A stretch of DNA of 64,000 nucleotides, taken from the NCBI GenBank assembly GCA_963664875.1, contig OY761611.1, positions 768,001 through 832,000 on the forward strand, given 5' to 3'. The position numbers and the translations under genes are program-made. Within the stretch, counting starts at the first letter, position 1. Each line of letters starts with the position of its first letter. Positions 49,287 to 58,984 of the stretch are shown here, in pieces. The notes beneath the pieces are model-generated. The model searched no databases. It was not told where the DNA came from and was given only the letters and a program-made list of their open reading frames with translations. Source of the stretch: Candidatus Kapaibacterium sp. (GTDB taxonomy: Bacteria > Bacteroidota > Ignavibacteria > Kapaibacteriales > UBA2268).

Positions 49287-50471
49287 TTATGCTTTAGAAG
49301 ATGCTACTTCTCTGACACATTCAACGCTTCCAAGCTGTTTAATGCCTGAGCACGAAGTCTGTCTTCTGAGCAAGGTAAAATAAAGGGCTACTGAGCCGAG
49401 CATAGTCGAAATCAATACTGTCATCATGATAGGGTTAGGAGCAAATGCTTTATAGAAGAAACTTCCCAATACTGCATAAGCAACGAACGGACACACTAGC
49501 CCCCACTGACTTACATAGAACTCTTTTTTAAAGAAATGATTTTTGAAATAGTCCTTCAATAGTGCTAATCCAAACATCATGTACCAAGTTGAAAATGCAA
49601 ATGCTATAACAATTATTGCATTTGAGAATAAATGCATATCCGCACCATGCTGATGGCTGATATAATGACCTAATCTAAAACCGCTAATAGCAAATAGAGT
49701 GATATTTGGCAATACAATCAAAAGACTTGGCAAAAGCTGTTTAGCAGGCATTCCGTCAGCTGCAAGGTGGCTCTTAAACACAGAAACCATTTTCACTAAC
49801 AACAGAAATAATCCCATACCTCCTGACATCAAAGAAGCAAATGCTGCTACGTGGGCAACATTAGGATCTTTTGCCATTGCTGCGATACCTGTACCGGTAA
49901 CTGTAACCATACCCAAAGCAAACGGACGTAATAGCCATCCGAAAGATATTTTGTTTACATCGAAGCTCTGTTCAAAAGATATTTTAAGTAGCTTTATTTC
50001 CATTCTCATTGTCAAAGCCCAAATCCCCAACCAAACAATCAAAGCCGGAAGCATAAACAGCTGTAGATTCGCTGAAAAGGCAGGTATAAAAAATCTGATT
50101 GGACCTATAAAAACATTCATAGTCATTGCTGTCGCAACAAATGGAGCCATAATAGCAGAGTTTCTAATTGGGTCTTTGATAAATGATGAATACGAATCCG
50201 ATTTCATATATTTGAATAGTTTGCTATAAAGATTACCCATAAGGAAAAAATGGATAATTGCAAAAACTATCATAATTATTTCCATACTGTAAAAGAGAAT
50301 CTCTGTGCCTAAAGGATTTGTACCATGAGCCAAACCACTTAGAGTAACTAAACCTTTACCCTGATGAAATGTGTATTGCAAAAATGCGAATGGCATTACT
50401 GCTATACCACCGGCTCCTAAAGCAGCAAGAAAAACTAAAGGCGAGAAACTGTTTGTTTTGTTGTCCATCAT
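49287..50471 (-). CDS. Polytopic membrane protein resembling the TsoY family
   Basis: FSPLVFLAALGAGGIAV, MTMNV, about 10 TMs, LVCPFVA, C-terminal Cys residues; family recalled from memory, not searched. Confidence 0.55.
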   Translation of the reverse strand: MMDNKTNSFSPLVFLAALGAGGIAVMPFAFLQYTFHQGKGLVTLSGLAHGTNPLGTEILFYSMEIIMIVFAIIHFFLMGNLYSKLFKYMKSDSYSSFIKDPIRNSAIMAPFVATAMTMNVFIGPIRFFIPAFSANLQLFMLPALIVWLGIWALTMRMEIKLLKISFEQSFDVNKISFGWLLRPFALGMVTVTGTGIAAMAKDPNVAHVAAFASLMSGGMGLFLLLVKMVSVFKSHLAADGMPAKQLLPSLLIVLPNITLFAISGFRLGHYISHQHGADMHLFSNAIIVIAFAFSTWYMMFGLALLKDYFKNHFFKKEFYVSQWGLVCPFVAYAVLGSFFYKAFAPNPIMMTVLISTMLGSVALYFTLLRRQTSCSGIKQLGSVECVREVASSKA

Positions 50472-50497
50472 CTAAATCTCCAAAATTTTTAAACAGA

Positions 50498-50556
50498 TAT
50501 ATTTCTTATTAGCAATATACGAAATGTTTTTATCTATATTGCTATTTAGCAATATA
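50498..50556. promoter_or_regulatory. Tandem palindromic operator (TATATTGCTA-TT-TAGCAATATA) upstream of the TsoY-like gene
   Basis: Perfect 10-2-10 inverted repeat at 50535-50556 and an imperfect copy at 50498-50519. Confidence 0.6.
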
Positions 50557-50703
50557 ATATTTTGGAGCATTAGATATGTGCAGATTTTTAGATTATCTTT
50601 TATTTACAATAATCTTTATTCCTTTCGGTTTATCAGGGGTCTCAGGTCAATTTGCATTTGAAAGTTGATTATTTTCATATAATATTATTTTTTTTAAATC
50701 TAT

Positions 50704-50738
50704 AAAAAAAAGAGAACCGGGGTAAGTCGATTCTCTTT
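50704..50738 (-). terminator. Terminator for the FadL-like gene
   Basis: AAAGAGAAcCG...CGATTCTCTTT with a poly-A tail. Confidence 0.55.
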
Positions 50739-50767
50739 GTCATATCTTATATCTATTTTTTTATTGG

Positions 50768-52195
50768 TTAGTATCTATAGCTCAATCCAAGTCCAAAATA
50801 CATATTAGTATTGCTTACATCATAGCTGGTATAAGTTGCAGGACGGTCTTGAGAGCCGTATAAAACTCTTTCTTCGTCTCTGCTATCGGTCATAAAAGTT
50901 ATGTTTAGCATCACATCTTTACCTATCAAAACACCAAGCCCACCGGTAATTTTGCTAATGTCACTGTACAAATCTTTTTCTTTGTAAGGCGAACCAATAT
51001 GAGTATATCCGGCTCTAACAAAAAGGTTTGCTGCAGGTATAAAATATTCGAATGCAATGCCGTATTTTAGCTGCGAACCGAGGTCTTCCACAATATATCT
51101 GTTTACTTCCTCAATATAAGTATCTATTTCAGCAGTTGAAGAGCTAAATTCCATTTGAGAAGCATCTGAATACTCTATGCCAATGCTTGTGGTCAATCCG
51201 ACAATATTATACGAGAAACCTAAATTATAGACGAACGGAGTATAAATAGAATAACTATTGTAAAGATATTCTTTTTGTTTAGATTCTATAAAATCACCTG
51301 TATCAAATGTAGCATAGTAATCTGTGTAAAACTCCTCGTCCATACTGTATTTTGTAGGGAATTTAACACCTACGCTTATTCTTGAGTTTTCTGTTGGTTT
51401 AGCCAAAAAGCCAACGGTCCCTGAGATGCCTGAAATATCCTGTGTTACATGACTTTTAACCTGCAACTCATCTAAATCGCCATAGATTTCATCTGTGCTT
51501 GTCTTGTATTTGTTTTGAGTGTCTGTTTCTCTGAAATCTTTGCTATAAGAATATGAACCCCACTTCCCTACAATAGAGAAACCGATGCTTACCTGATCTG
51601 TCAATTCAAAACCGGCACCACCTATAACGTTATGAATTCCACCAGACTCATCTATATAAGCGGATTGAGTCAAATCATTCTGATATGGAGTAATGTTTCC
51701 GTTAGACAAGTACATATCATGTGCAAATCCGTTTGTTCCATTTAGCTCTGCGTCATTTCGAATGTATGTACTCGAATTATTAAATCCCTCAATTTTTACA
51801 GTATTGTCAAAACTTGATTCTCTGAAGTATCCCACAGCAATTACTGAATTCAATCCTGTATTAGAGCGTAAAGGAGAAGCCACACCAATATGAGAAATAA
51901 ACTCATCGTTCACATCTATTGAGTGAGTGTCCCACCTGAAATTGTTATCGTTATTGATATTTGAGATACCAAATCCGATTGAAAGTTCAGCTTTTGGTAT
52001 CAGACTCAATCCAGCAGGATTGTAGTATAAGGCACTGAAATCATCAGCAATTCCCGCAAATCCTATCCCCATTGAACCTGAACGTGAGGAAATCATCCCG
52101 TTATTATTTAATAAACGTACACCATCTTCCATAAATTGAGCTTTTGCTTCAAAGCTAACTAAAAACAATAGCATAATTGCCAATAACTTTTTCAT
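50768..52195 (-). CDS. OmpP1/FadL family outer-membrane transporter
   Basis: SSRSGSMG.GFAGIADDFSALYYNPAGL; C-terminal GLGLSYRY. Confidence 0.85.
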   Translation of the reverse strand: MKKLLAIMLLFLVSFEAKAQFMEDGVRLLNNNGMISSRSGSMGIGFAGIADDFSALYYNPAGLSLIPKAELSIGFGISNINNDNNFRWDTHSIDVNDEFISHIGVASPLRSNTGLNSVIAVGYFRESSFDNTVKIEGFNNSSTYIRNDAELNGTNGFAHDMYLSNGNITPYQNDLTQSAYIDESGGIHNVIGGAGFELTDQVSIGFSIVGKWGSYSYSKDFRETDTQNKYKTSTDEIYGDLDELQVKSHVTQDISGISGTVGFLAKPTENSRISVGVKFPTKYSMDEEFYTDYYATFDTGDFIESKQKEYLYNSYSIYTPFVYNLGFSYNIVGLTTSIGIEYSDASQMEFSSSTAEIDTYIEEVNRYIVEDLGSQLKYGIAFEYFIPAANLFVRAGYTHIGSPYKEKDLYSDISKITGGLGVLIGKDVMLNITFMTDSRDEERVLYGSQDRPATYTSYDVSNTNMYFGLGLSYRY

Positions 52196-52236
52196 ATTTA
52201 TTTATCCTCAATGTCTGTCCTATATTATCCTAAACT

Positions 52237-53415
52237 TTATCTTGATCTTCTTGAAGAACCACCACTACTGCTTCCTGAACTGCTACTACCAGAACTCCTT
52301 GTGCTTCTGGAGCTTCCGCTGTTAGAGCTTGGAGTATAAGAGCTTCCCGAGCTACGGGAACCACTTGAACTTGGTGTGTAAGAACTTCCTGAGCTACGTG
52401 AACCGCTTGAACTTGGTGTATAAGAACTTCCTGAGCTGCGAGTGCCGCTTGAGCTCGGTGTATAAGAGCTTCCAGAGCTGCGAGTGCCGCTTGAGCTCGG
52501 TGTGTAAGAGCTTCCAGAGCTGCGGGAACTTCTTGACGAAGGAGTATAAGTATTTGAGTTTTCAGTACTTCTTGTATTTCTATATGTAGGAGTGTAAGTA
52601 TTTCTTCCTGAATTATTTGCATCGCTGCTTCTTACTGTGCGTGTTGAACCGGTTATATAAGATCTGGCTTCAGAATTTGACCTACTGCGTGAACTCACAG
52701 AAGAAGTATTATAAATTGCTCTCGAGCTTCGGCTGTCTCTTGTAGATTCCACAGAACTGCTTCTGGTAGAACGAGTACCATAACTGTTATACAAATCTCT
52801 GTGTCCTGTAGAGTAAGATCTGCTTGAATACGTTTTTCGGGAAGTACCAAAATCTCTATAAGAGTGTCTCATTGGTCGGGAATAGTAAGTATAAACAGGT
52901 TGGTGATACCATCTGAAATAGCCAGGATGGTAATGAGAATGCCAATAAGAACCGTAATAAGGATTATAGCTATACCAAGGAGAGTACCAGTCGTAACCCC
53001 AATAATAACCTACTCCAAAACTCACATGAAAACCGGAATTATAGGTGTAGAACGGATATGCTCCCCATCCGTAATAATTTCTCCACCAAGGCACTACAAC
53101 AGGTACATATAGTGGCTCTGCATAGTTGTAATTATTTACGACATAGACAGGGTCTGTGCCTGCAGAATAGACACCTTGTGCACTTTGATTATCTTCAGCA
53201 AGCGGATTGACCCATTCATCATCGGCTTGTTTCTGTGGCTTTTCGGTAGTATATTGTGCCGGAGCTGCTTGCACAGGTATATTATTTACCTGGACTTTTT
53301 CAGGTTCGACATTGTTATTATATCCATAATAATGAGAATGCTGATGAGTCGCACATGCACTTAGTGAAAATACTAATGCAACCGGCACAAATATTTTTAA
53401 AATTAGGTTTTTCAT
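52237..53415 (-). CDS. Lipoprotein with a Tyr/Trp/Gly-rich core and Ser/Arg-rich repetitive tail
   Basis: Lipobox LSAC; low-complexity tail; typical position upstream of a FadL-like gene. Confidence 0.75.
   Translation of the reverse strand: MKNLILKIFVPVALVFSLSACATHQHSHYYGYNNNVEPEKVQVNNIPVQAAPAQYTTEKPQKQADDEWVNPLAEDNQSAQGVYSAGTDPVYVVNNYNYAEPLYVPVVVPWWRNYYGWGAYPFYTYNSGFHVSFGVGYYWGYDWYSPWYSYNPYYGSYWHSHYHPGYFRWYHQPVYTYYSRPMRHSYRDFGTSRKTYSSRSYSTGHRDLYNSYGTRSTRSSSVESTRDSRSSRAIYNTSSVSSRSRSNSEARSYITGSTRTVRSSDANNSGRNTYTPTYRNTRSTENSNTYTPSSRSSRSSGSSYTPSSSGTRSSGSSYTPSSSGTRSSGSSYTPSSSGSRSSGSSYTPSSSGSRSSGSSYTPSSNSGSSRSTRSSGSSSSGSSSGGSSRRSR
52325..52550 (-). repeat. About 5 copies of a 42-bp unit encoding RSSGSSYTPSSSG(T/S)
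   Basis: TAAGAGCTTCC/TAAGAACTTCC recurs every 42 bp. Confidence 0.9.
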
Positions 53416-53646
53416 GACTGACTCCTTTACGCAAAGATGACGTAGATAAAATTGATATTTTTCGACTCTACTTATATAACGTTACAAAACCAAAAAGGTT
53501 TATTATTATAACGAAGTAAAGTTAAGATATGTAAAAAAAACCGAAAAAAATAAGGAAATCGGCTCTCTTACTAAAAAAATACTAAAAAAAAAACTTTTTT
53601 TTGATTCGCAAACTCAGTATTTTTGTATCAGTTCGATTGACAAAGG

Positions 53647-53731
53647 GCTCGGATGGCGGAAGTGGTAGACGCACAGGACTTAAAATCCTGTGACCTTTTT
53701 GGTCGTGTGGGTTCAAGTCCCACTCCGAGTA
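53647..53731 (+). tRNA. tRNA-Leu (anticodon TAA)
   Basis: Acceptor GCTCGGA/TCCGAGT, D-loop GGTAGAC, anticodon arm CAGGA-CTTAAAA-TCCTG, long variable arm, GTTCAAGT T-loop; CCA not encoded. Confidence 0.96.
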
Positions 53732-53738
53732 CTCGGAT

Positions 53739-53779
53739 AAAACCCTAATATCTTTTAAAACAAGGTGTTAGGGTTTTTT
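53739..53779 (+). terminator. Terminator after the tRNA
   Basis: AAAACCCTAATATCTT...AAGGTGTTAGGGTTTT. Confidence 0.7.
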
Positions 53780-53983
53780 GTTTTTAGCATCAACTCAATA
53801 ATCAATCCTCTCCAATCATTAACATCTAATATAAACACAATTACCTCTAAGCATAATTCCAATGCAAACACGCTACATTATAAATTAAATTGAGTGTATA
53901 ATTCATGTGCTAAGCACAAGCCATGAACTTATTTCATAAATTGCATTTTTTCATTCTTTACATTTTTATAAAGGCATATTGAA

Positions 53984-55690
53984 ATGCAATCACAGCGTAG
54001 GGAGGTTTTTAACATACCTTCTTTTTTTGATATCAAATCTAATTTAAGTTCGGGCATCACAGTCGGATTAGTAAATATTCCCCTGTCTCTTGCCTTGGGT
54101 ATAGCTTGCGGTGCGACTCCTCTGCAGGGCATAATAACGGCTATTTGGGCAGGTATCCTTTCATCTGTGTTAGGAGGTAGCAAGTTCAATATATTAGGCC
54201 CTACGGGTGCATTGTCCGGTATTCTTATGGGATTTGCTGTATTAAACGGAGCAGAAACTCTCCCCTTTATGGCTATTGCAGTTGGCTTGAGTATTCTATT
54301 GTGTTACTTCTTCAAGTGGTACAAGTATATTATTTTTATTCCGGTCAGTGCTATTCAGGGATTTACTTTAGGAGTTGCCCTACTGCTTGTGCTTTCTCAA
54401 TTTGATTTTCTATTTGGAACGGTCTTTATAGAAAATTCAGATAAACTCGCGAAGATAAGTGCTGCTTTTACTACTAATGCAGATATTTCAGTGCCTTCTA
54501 TGCTTTTATTTCTATTTTCTCTAACTTTTCTTCTTAGTGCAAAAAAAGTCATGCCAAAAATTCCTGCAGCTATATTGATTTCGGCAATAGGAATTTTGGT
54601 AGCTTATCTGTCTGAAATTGGAGTGATCTCTTTTAAAGTTTTGAGCTTGAATAATTTATATTCTGATTTTGAAGGCAATGTGTTCCAAAATATAATGCCG
54701 AACTTCAGCGGTGTTTCGTTTAATAAAGAGTTCTTCTCTGCAACTGCTGCTGTCAGCGTTGTTGCTATTTTGGAAACTCTGATTTCAGCAAGAATAGCAA
54801 CCGAAATGACCGGAATCAGATTCAACAGAAAAAAAGAGATAATTGGGCTCTCTATGGCTAATATCTTTTCAGGCATTATGGGTGGAATTCCTGCTACTGC
54901 AGCTTTAGCAAGAACTGCACTTAATATCAAAAGCGGAGCTACGCATTATGTTTCTGCATTTATCAGCTCTATTTGCGTAATTTTGGTTTCTTTGTTTTTA
55001 TTTGATTATTTCAGATTTATGCCGCTTGCAGTAATAGCTGCAATTTTGACCAATGTCGCTGTCAATATGGTAGAATTTGAACATATCAAAGGTATGTTCA
55101 AGTTGGACAAAGTTTCTTTTATTCTTTTGTTTGTGGTAGCTATCCTTACAGTTATAGAAGATCCGATTGTTGGTATATTGGTAGGCTCTATTATTTCTCT
55201 TTTAAGATTTGTTTCTACTATTTCAAAAAGCCATGCAGAGATTACCGTTGTATCTTTTGCTGAAGACAAACCATCTTACAGAACAAGCATCACAGATTAT
55301 ATTGAAGGTTCTCAAGAGGGCGATATCATTTGCTATAGATTTGCAGGTGAGATGACTTATATCACAGCACCTGTCCACTTAGATCATATCAGTAAAATAA
55401 AGGGCAATAAGATAGTGGTATTGTCATTTCGTAACTTATACTTTATGGATATTGAGGGTCTTCAGAATCTTGGCGAAATGATTTGCACTTTGGAGAGCAA
55501 TGGTCACAAAGTAGCACTTGCCTCTATAAGTGATAATCTAAAACCAAGTTTTGACAATAATGTTGATTTCAAAAGGTTAGAAACTATGGGTTTGCTATTT
55601 GCAAGCTCAACAAAAGCGGTACATTTTTACAAAGGTAATAATTTAGTAGAAGAAACAAGTAAACTCGATCAACCAATCACCAAAGAATAA
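53984..55690 (+). CDS. SulP family anion transporter with a STAS domain
   Basis: SGITVGLVNIPLSLALGIACG, GPTGA, GGIPATAALARTALN.KSG, FMDIEG STAS motif. Confidence 0.92.
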   Translation: MQSQRREVFNIPSFFDIKSNLSSGITVGLVNIPLSLALGIACGATPLQGIITAIWAGILSSVLGGSKFNILGPTGALSGILMGFAVLNGAETLPFMAIAVGLSILLCYFFKWYKYIIFIPVSAIQGFTLGVALLLVLSQFDFLFGTVFIENSDKLAKISAAFTTNADISVPSMLLFLFSLTFLLSAKKVMPKIPAAILISAIGILVAYLSEIGVISFKVLSLNNLYSDFEGNVFQNIMPNFSGVSFNKEFFSATAAVSVVAILETLISARIATEMTGIRFNRKKEIIGLSMANIFSGIMGGIPATAALARTALNIKSGATHYVSAFISSICVILVSLFLFDYFRFMPLAVIAAILTNVAVNMVEFEHIKGMFKLDKVSFILLFVVAILTVIEDPIVGILVGSIISLLRFVSTISKSHAEITVVSFAEDKPSYRTSITDYIEGSQEGDIICYRFAGEMTYITAPVHLDHISKIKGNKIVVLSFRNLYFMDIEGLQNLGEMICTLESNGHKVALASISDNLKPSFDNNVDFKRLETMGLLFASSTKAVHFYKGNNLVEETSKLDQPITKE

Positions 55691-55695
55691 AAAAT

Positions 55696-55741
55696 AAAGC
55701 CAGAGATATTGCTGTTTTCAATTCAGCAATATCTCTGACTT
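55696..55741. terminator. Bidirectional terminator
   Basis: CAGAGATATTGCTG...CAGCAATATCTCTG. Confidence 0.75.
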
Positions 55742-55759
55742 ATCATAATATTATTTCTA

Positions 55760-56167
55760 CTACTCTATAGTCTCAATAGTAATACCATTGTTTAAAAGCA
55801 ACTCTGCAAATACTCCATTCCCTTCGATTATTTTGCCCGTAAAGGAGCCGTCATATATTTTGCCACAACCACAGGAAGGACTCCGTTGTTGCAATATTGC
55901 TTTGTTTACACCCAATATTTTTGCAATCTCAAGTGCCTTTTGTGCACCTAAAACAAACTGAGAAGTGTAATCATTGCCATCAGCCGTAACAACTCGTCCT
56001 TGGTTTATCTCGCAAGACTCGCGAGGAATTGGCATACCTCCCAAGACTTCAGGACATATAGGAAAAGCCTTCGTTTCGATTACCATTCTCATGATTTCTT
56101 CTATCTGTTTGCCATTCCCATCGTATCTGCATTTGCAACCTGCAAGGCAAGCACTCACCAAAACCAT
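55760..56167 (-). CDS. DUF523 / 2-thiouracil desulfurase-like Fe-S protein
   Basis: VSACLAG..CRYDG, CPEV.GG...PR, RSPSCG, G.GVFA. Confidence 0.9.
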   Translation of the reverse strand: MVLVSACLAGCKCRYDGNGKQIEEIMRMVIETKAFPICPEVLGGMPIPRESCEINQGRVVTADGNDYTSQFVLGAQKALEIAKILGVNKAILQQRSPSCGCGKIYDGSFTGKIIEGNGVFAELLLNNGITIETIE

Positions 56168-56168
56168 A

Positions 56169-57590
56169 TTACACCTGAAAGACTTTTAGAGTATTGTCCG
56201 GCATATCTGCATAAGGAGCCAATCCGGCAACAAATACAACGGTATCGCCTGTTTTAATATGCTTGAAGTTTTTGACGTAATTACCTAAATCTGTGAAAAT
56301 ATTATCTTTATCTTTGAATTCTTCAACTAATATCGGTTTTATTCCTCTTACAATGCAGAGAAATCTTAGAGTTTCTATATTGTTTGTCAGAGCAATGATA
56401 GGAATATCAGGTCTATACTTGGCAATGTTTCTGGCAGTAAAAGTTGAATTCGTAAATGGAATAATTGCTGCTGCTTCTATCTGATCGGCAATTACACAAG
56501 CCGCTTTTCCGAGTGCATCAGCAATATTGTCCATAACAGTATCGAGCCTTTGATAGCGATGAGCACCGGCATGATTGTTTTTTTCCATGCTTATAATTAT
56601 TTTGCTCATATACTCAACTGCATCTAAAGGATACTTCCCTACACTTGTTTCACCACTTAGCATTACGCAATCTGTACCATCGAGTACAGCGTTGGCAACA
56701 TCACTTGCTTCTGCACGGGTTGGTCGCGGGTTTTCTATCATAGATTCGAGCATTTGTGTAGCAGTGATTACAGGTTTACCGTGATAATTGCATCTTGCTA
56801 TGATATCTTTCTGAATTGCAGGTACTTCTTCGGCAGGCATTTCTAAGCCCAGATCACCTCGAGCTACCATAATCCCGTCAGCCTCGCGAATAATAGACTC
56901 TATAGAATTATACGCCTCTGCCCTTTCGATTTTGGCAACGACCGGCACTTGGCGTCTGAATATTTTCATCGCCATTCTCAAATCGTAAACATCCTTTTCG
57001 GATCTAACGAAAGACAAAGCTACCATATCGATACCATTTTCAAGACCAAATTTCAAATCATCAAGGTCTTTATCGCTCAGAGAAGGAGCTGAAATACAAC
57101 TTCCCGGGGCTATAATGCCTTTTCTGCTTTTAAGAGTACCACCTTTGATTACTTTTGTAATTATATCATTACCTTTGACTTCTTCAATCATCAAACTTAT
57201 GTATCCGTCGTCAAGTAAAAGTGGTTTGCCGGGTTGAACATCTTGGACTATCTGCGGAAAAGTAGTTGGTACTTTCTGTGAGTTCCCCTCAGTCATCTCG
57301 TCTGCTGTTATAATGAACTTTGCTCCGTCTTCCAAAAAACAAGCACCGCCCTCTATCTCGCCTACTCTGATTTTTGGACCTTGCAAGTCCTGCATTATCG
57401 CAACTTCTCTGCCGGTTATCTTAGCAGCTTCTCTGATATTTCGGATTGTCTGGATATGTTGTTCGTGTGAGCCGTGAGAAAAATTAAGTCTTGCAGCATC
57501 CATTCCGGTCTCAATTAGCCTGATGAGCATATCCAAATCAGAGGTCGAGGGACCGATAGTACAAACAATTTTTGTTTTTTTCGAATTCAT
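56169..57590 (-). CDS. pyk: Pyruvate kinase
   Basis: KTKIVCTIGP, RLNFSHG, DLQGPKIR, IMVARGDLG, ATQMLESM, PTRAEASDVANA, MLSGET. Confidence 0.97.
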   Translation of the reverse strand: MNSKKTKIVCTIGPSTSDLDMLIRLIETGMDAARLNFSHGSHEQHIQTIRNIREAAKITGREVAIMQDLQGPKIRVGEIEGGACFLEDGAKFIITADEMTEGNSQKVPTTFPQIVQDVQPGKPLLLDDGYISLMIEEVKGNDIITKVIKGGTLKSRKGIIAPGSCISAPSLSDKDLDDLKFGLENGIDMVALSFVRSEKDVYDLRMAMKIFRRQVPVVAKIERAEAYNSIESIIREADGIMVARGDLGLEMPAEEVPAIQKDIIARCNYHGKPVITATQMLESMIENPRPTRAEASDVANAVLDGTDCVMLSGETSVGKYPLDAVEYMSKIIISMEKNNHAGAHRYQRLDTVMDNIADALGKAACVIADQIEAAAIIPFTNSTFTARNIAKYRPDIPIIALTNNIETLRFLCIVRGIKPILVEEFKDKDNIFTDLGNYVKNFKHIKTGDTVVFVAGLAPYADMPDNTLKVFQV

Positions 57591-58336
57591 ATCAAAACTC
57601 CAAAATATATATATAATAATATTCGAATTTTATCAACTAAAAGCCAAATAGAAACAGAAGCTAAGGAGCTTAAAATAAGATATATCAATATTTTCTTCCA
57701 TACTTTCTTTCCTTTGAACGGAAAGAATGGGCAGGCAAAAATGAAAGTTAGCAATCCAAAAACATCTATGAGTACTGAGAAATATTCTACTTCCTGGCGC
57801 GCAAGGGTTTTGTTGAAATCAGCCTGTCGCAAAATTATCTCGGCACCGGAATTTCCAAATGCAACTGCTTTGATGGTAGAATCTGTTGCGTTTTTGTCAG
57901 ACAAATTTTCTATAATAGTCTGCCTAATCGGAACAGAATAGTTCCCGATTTCGAGCTCTAAGGTTTCGCCGGAATCTAAAGCAGTGATATAATTGTATGA
58001 TAGTGCAGCTCGGTATGATGCAGGAATCCAGAATTGAGAAGTATCTAATTTTTGTTTGAATAGATAATGCTGTTTTTCAGACGAAAAGTTTGAAAGGCTT
58101 ATCTTTTGAAAGTTTTCACTTTGGAAACCATACTCAGAGATATACTGATTGATTGCAAGATTAGGATATATGATAAAAGCCAAGGCATAGATAAGATATA
58201 AAGATATAAAGGTGTTTTTTGACAAGTCCTTTAATCTTATATAGCTGTCAGTCTTTATTTTTTTGATTTTTCTGACAAAGAGAATCAAAAAAAACAAAAT
58301 CGCTACTATATTTATGGATAGATGTATAATCTGCAT
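57587..58336 (-). CDS. Hypothetical membrane protein
   Basis: 249-aa ORF with about 4 TMs; stop overlaps the pyk ATG. Confidence 0.6.
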   Translation of the reverse strand: MQIIHLSINIVAILFFLILFVRKIKKIKTDSYIRLKDLSKNTFISLYLIYALAFIIYPNLAINQYISEYGFQSENFQKISLSNFSSEKQHYLFKQKLDTSQFWIPASYRAALSYNYITALDSGETLELEIGNYSVPIRQTIIENLSDKNATDSTIKAVAFGNSGAEIILRQADFNKTLARQEVEYFSVLIDVFGLLTFIFACPFFPFKGKKVWKKILIYLILSSLASVSIWLLVDKIRILLYIYFGVLI

Positions 58337-58347
58337 ATTAAGCGAAA

Positions 58348-58863
58348 TTAGTAAAACAAATCGCTGCTATCTATAAGACTTTCGGTATTATATCTAATTT
58401 CCTTTACATCAGAATATTTCGATTTCAGCTCAGAAGTCTGCGGAAGAGTGCCTTCTCTCATTTCGATATATTCCAAATAGCTGGAGAACTCCCAATCTTC
58501 GGGTTTATCGGTGTATCCGGCTTTGACCGGACAAAAATGTATAGCATTAATAGTTTTTTCAATATCACATTCTGATTTCAACTCAATAGCTTTGATTTCG
58601 TTGATATTCAGAGTTTTTCGGTACTTCATAAATATTTTATTTCTAAGTTTTTGCAGCTGCTGTAAAGAGTCTTGGTTGCTATCCTTAATTTCTATCAAAA
58701 AATCAAATTTATCAGGCAACATACAGTATGCAATTACTTCTGAAAAATCTCCGACATAGACTCTATATTTATTCAAAAAGAAATAGTAATGTTCGTAATT
58801 ATCAAATAATTTACCTTTGTGATCATATACCAAGTGATAAAAAGATCCGACAGTAAAATCCAT
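58348..58863 (-). CDS. Degenerate RAYT/IS200 (Y1) transposase-like protein
   Basis: G.FYH, AYCMLP, IH..PVKAG....PEDWEFSSY..Y match RAYT, but HuH reads KFD and the catalytic Tyr position reads Ala. Confidence 0.7.
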   Translation of the reverse strand: MDFTVGSFYHLVYDHKGKLFDNYEHYYFFLNKYRVYVGDFSEVIAYCMLPDKFDFLIEIKDSNQDSLQQLQKLRNKIFMKYRKTLNINEIKAIELKSECDIEKTINAIHFCPVKAGYTDKPEDWEFSSYLEYIEMREGTLPQTSELKSKYSDVKEIRYNTESLIDSSDLFY

Positions 58864-58984
58864 AAGGTTCTCTCCAATTTACAATTATTCAAAGATATTG
58901 AATAAAAAGAAGCCAAACAATGATAATACTTAAAAGTGCAAAAAAAAAGGTTGTCTGATAAAACCCAAACAACCTCATGCTTTT

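Noticed and set aside
49287-49330. Selenocysteine read-through at the end of the TsoY-like gene
   Set aside because: The stop codon is TAA and there is no in-frame TGA.
52230-52622. Alternative-frame ORF with QAALAALEAL repeats
   Set aside because: It is a shadow translation of the 42-bp repeats in the lipoprotein gene.
53647-55690. Genomic island integrated at tRNA-Leu
   Set aside because: No integrase, no duplicated tRNA 3' end, and no obvious compositional shift.
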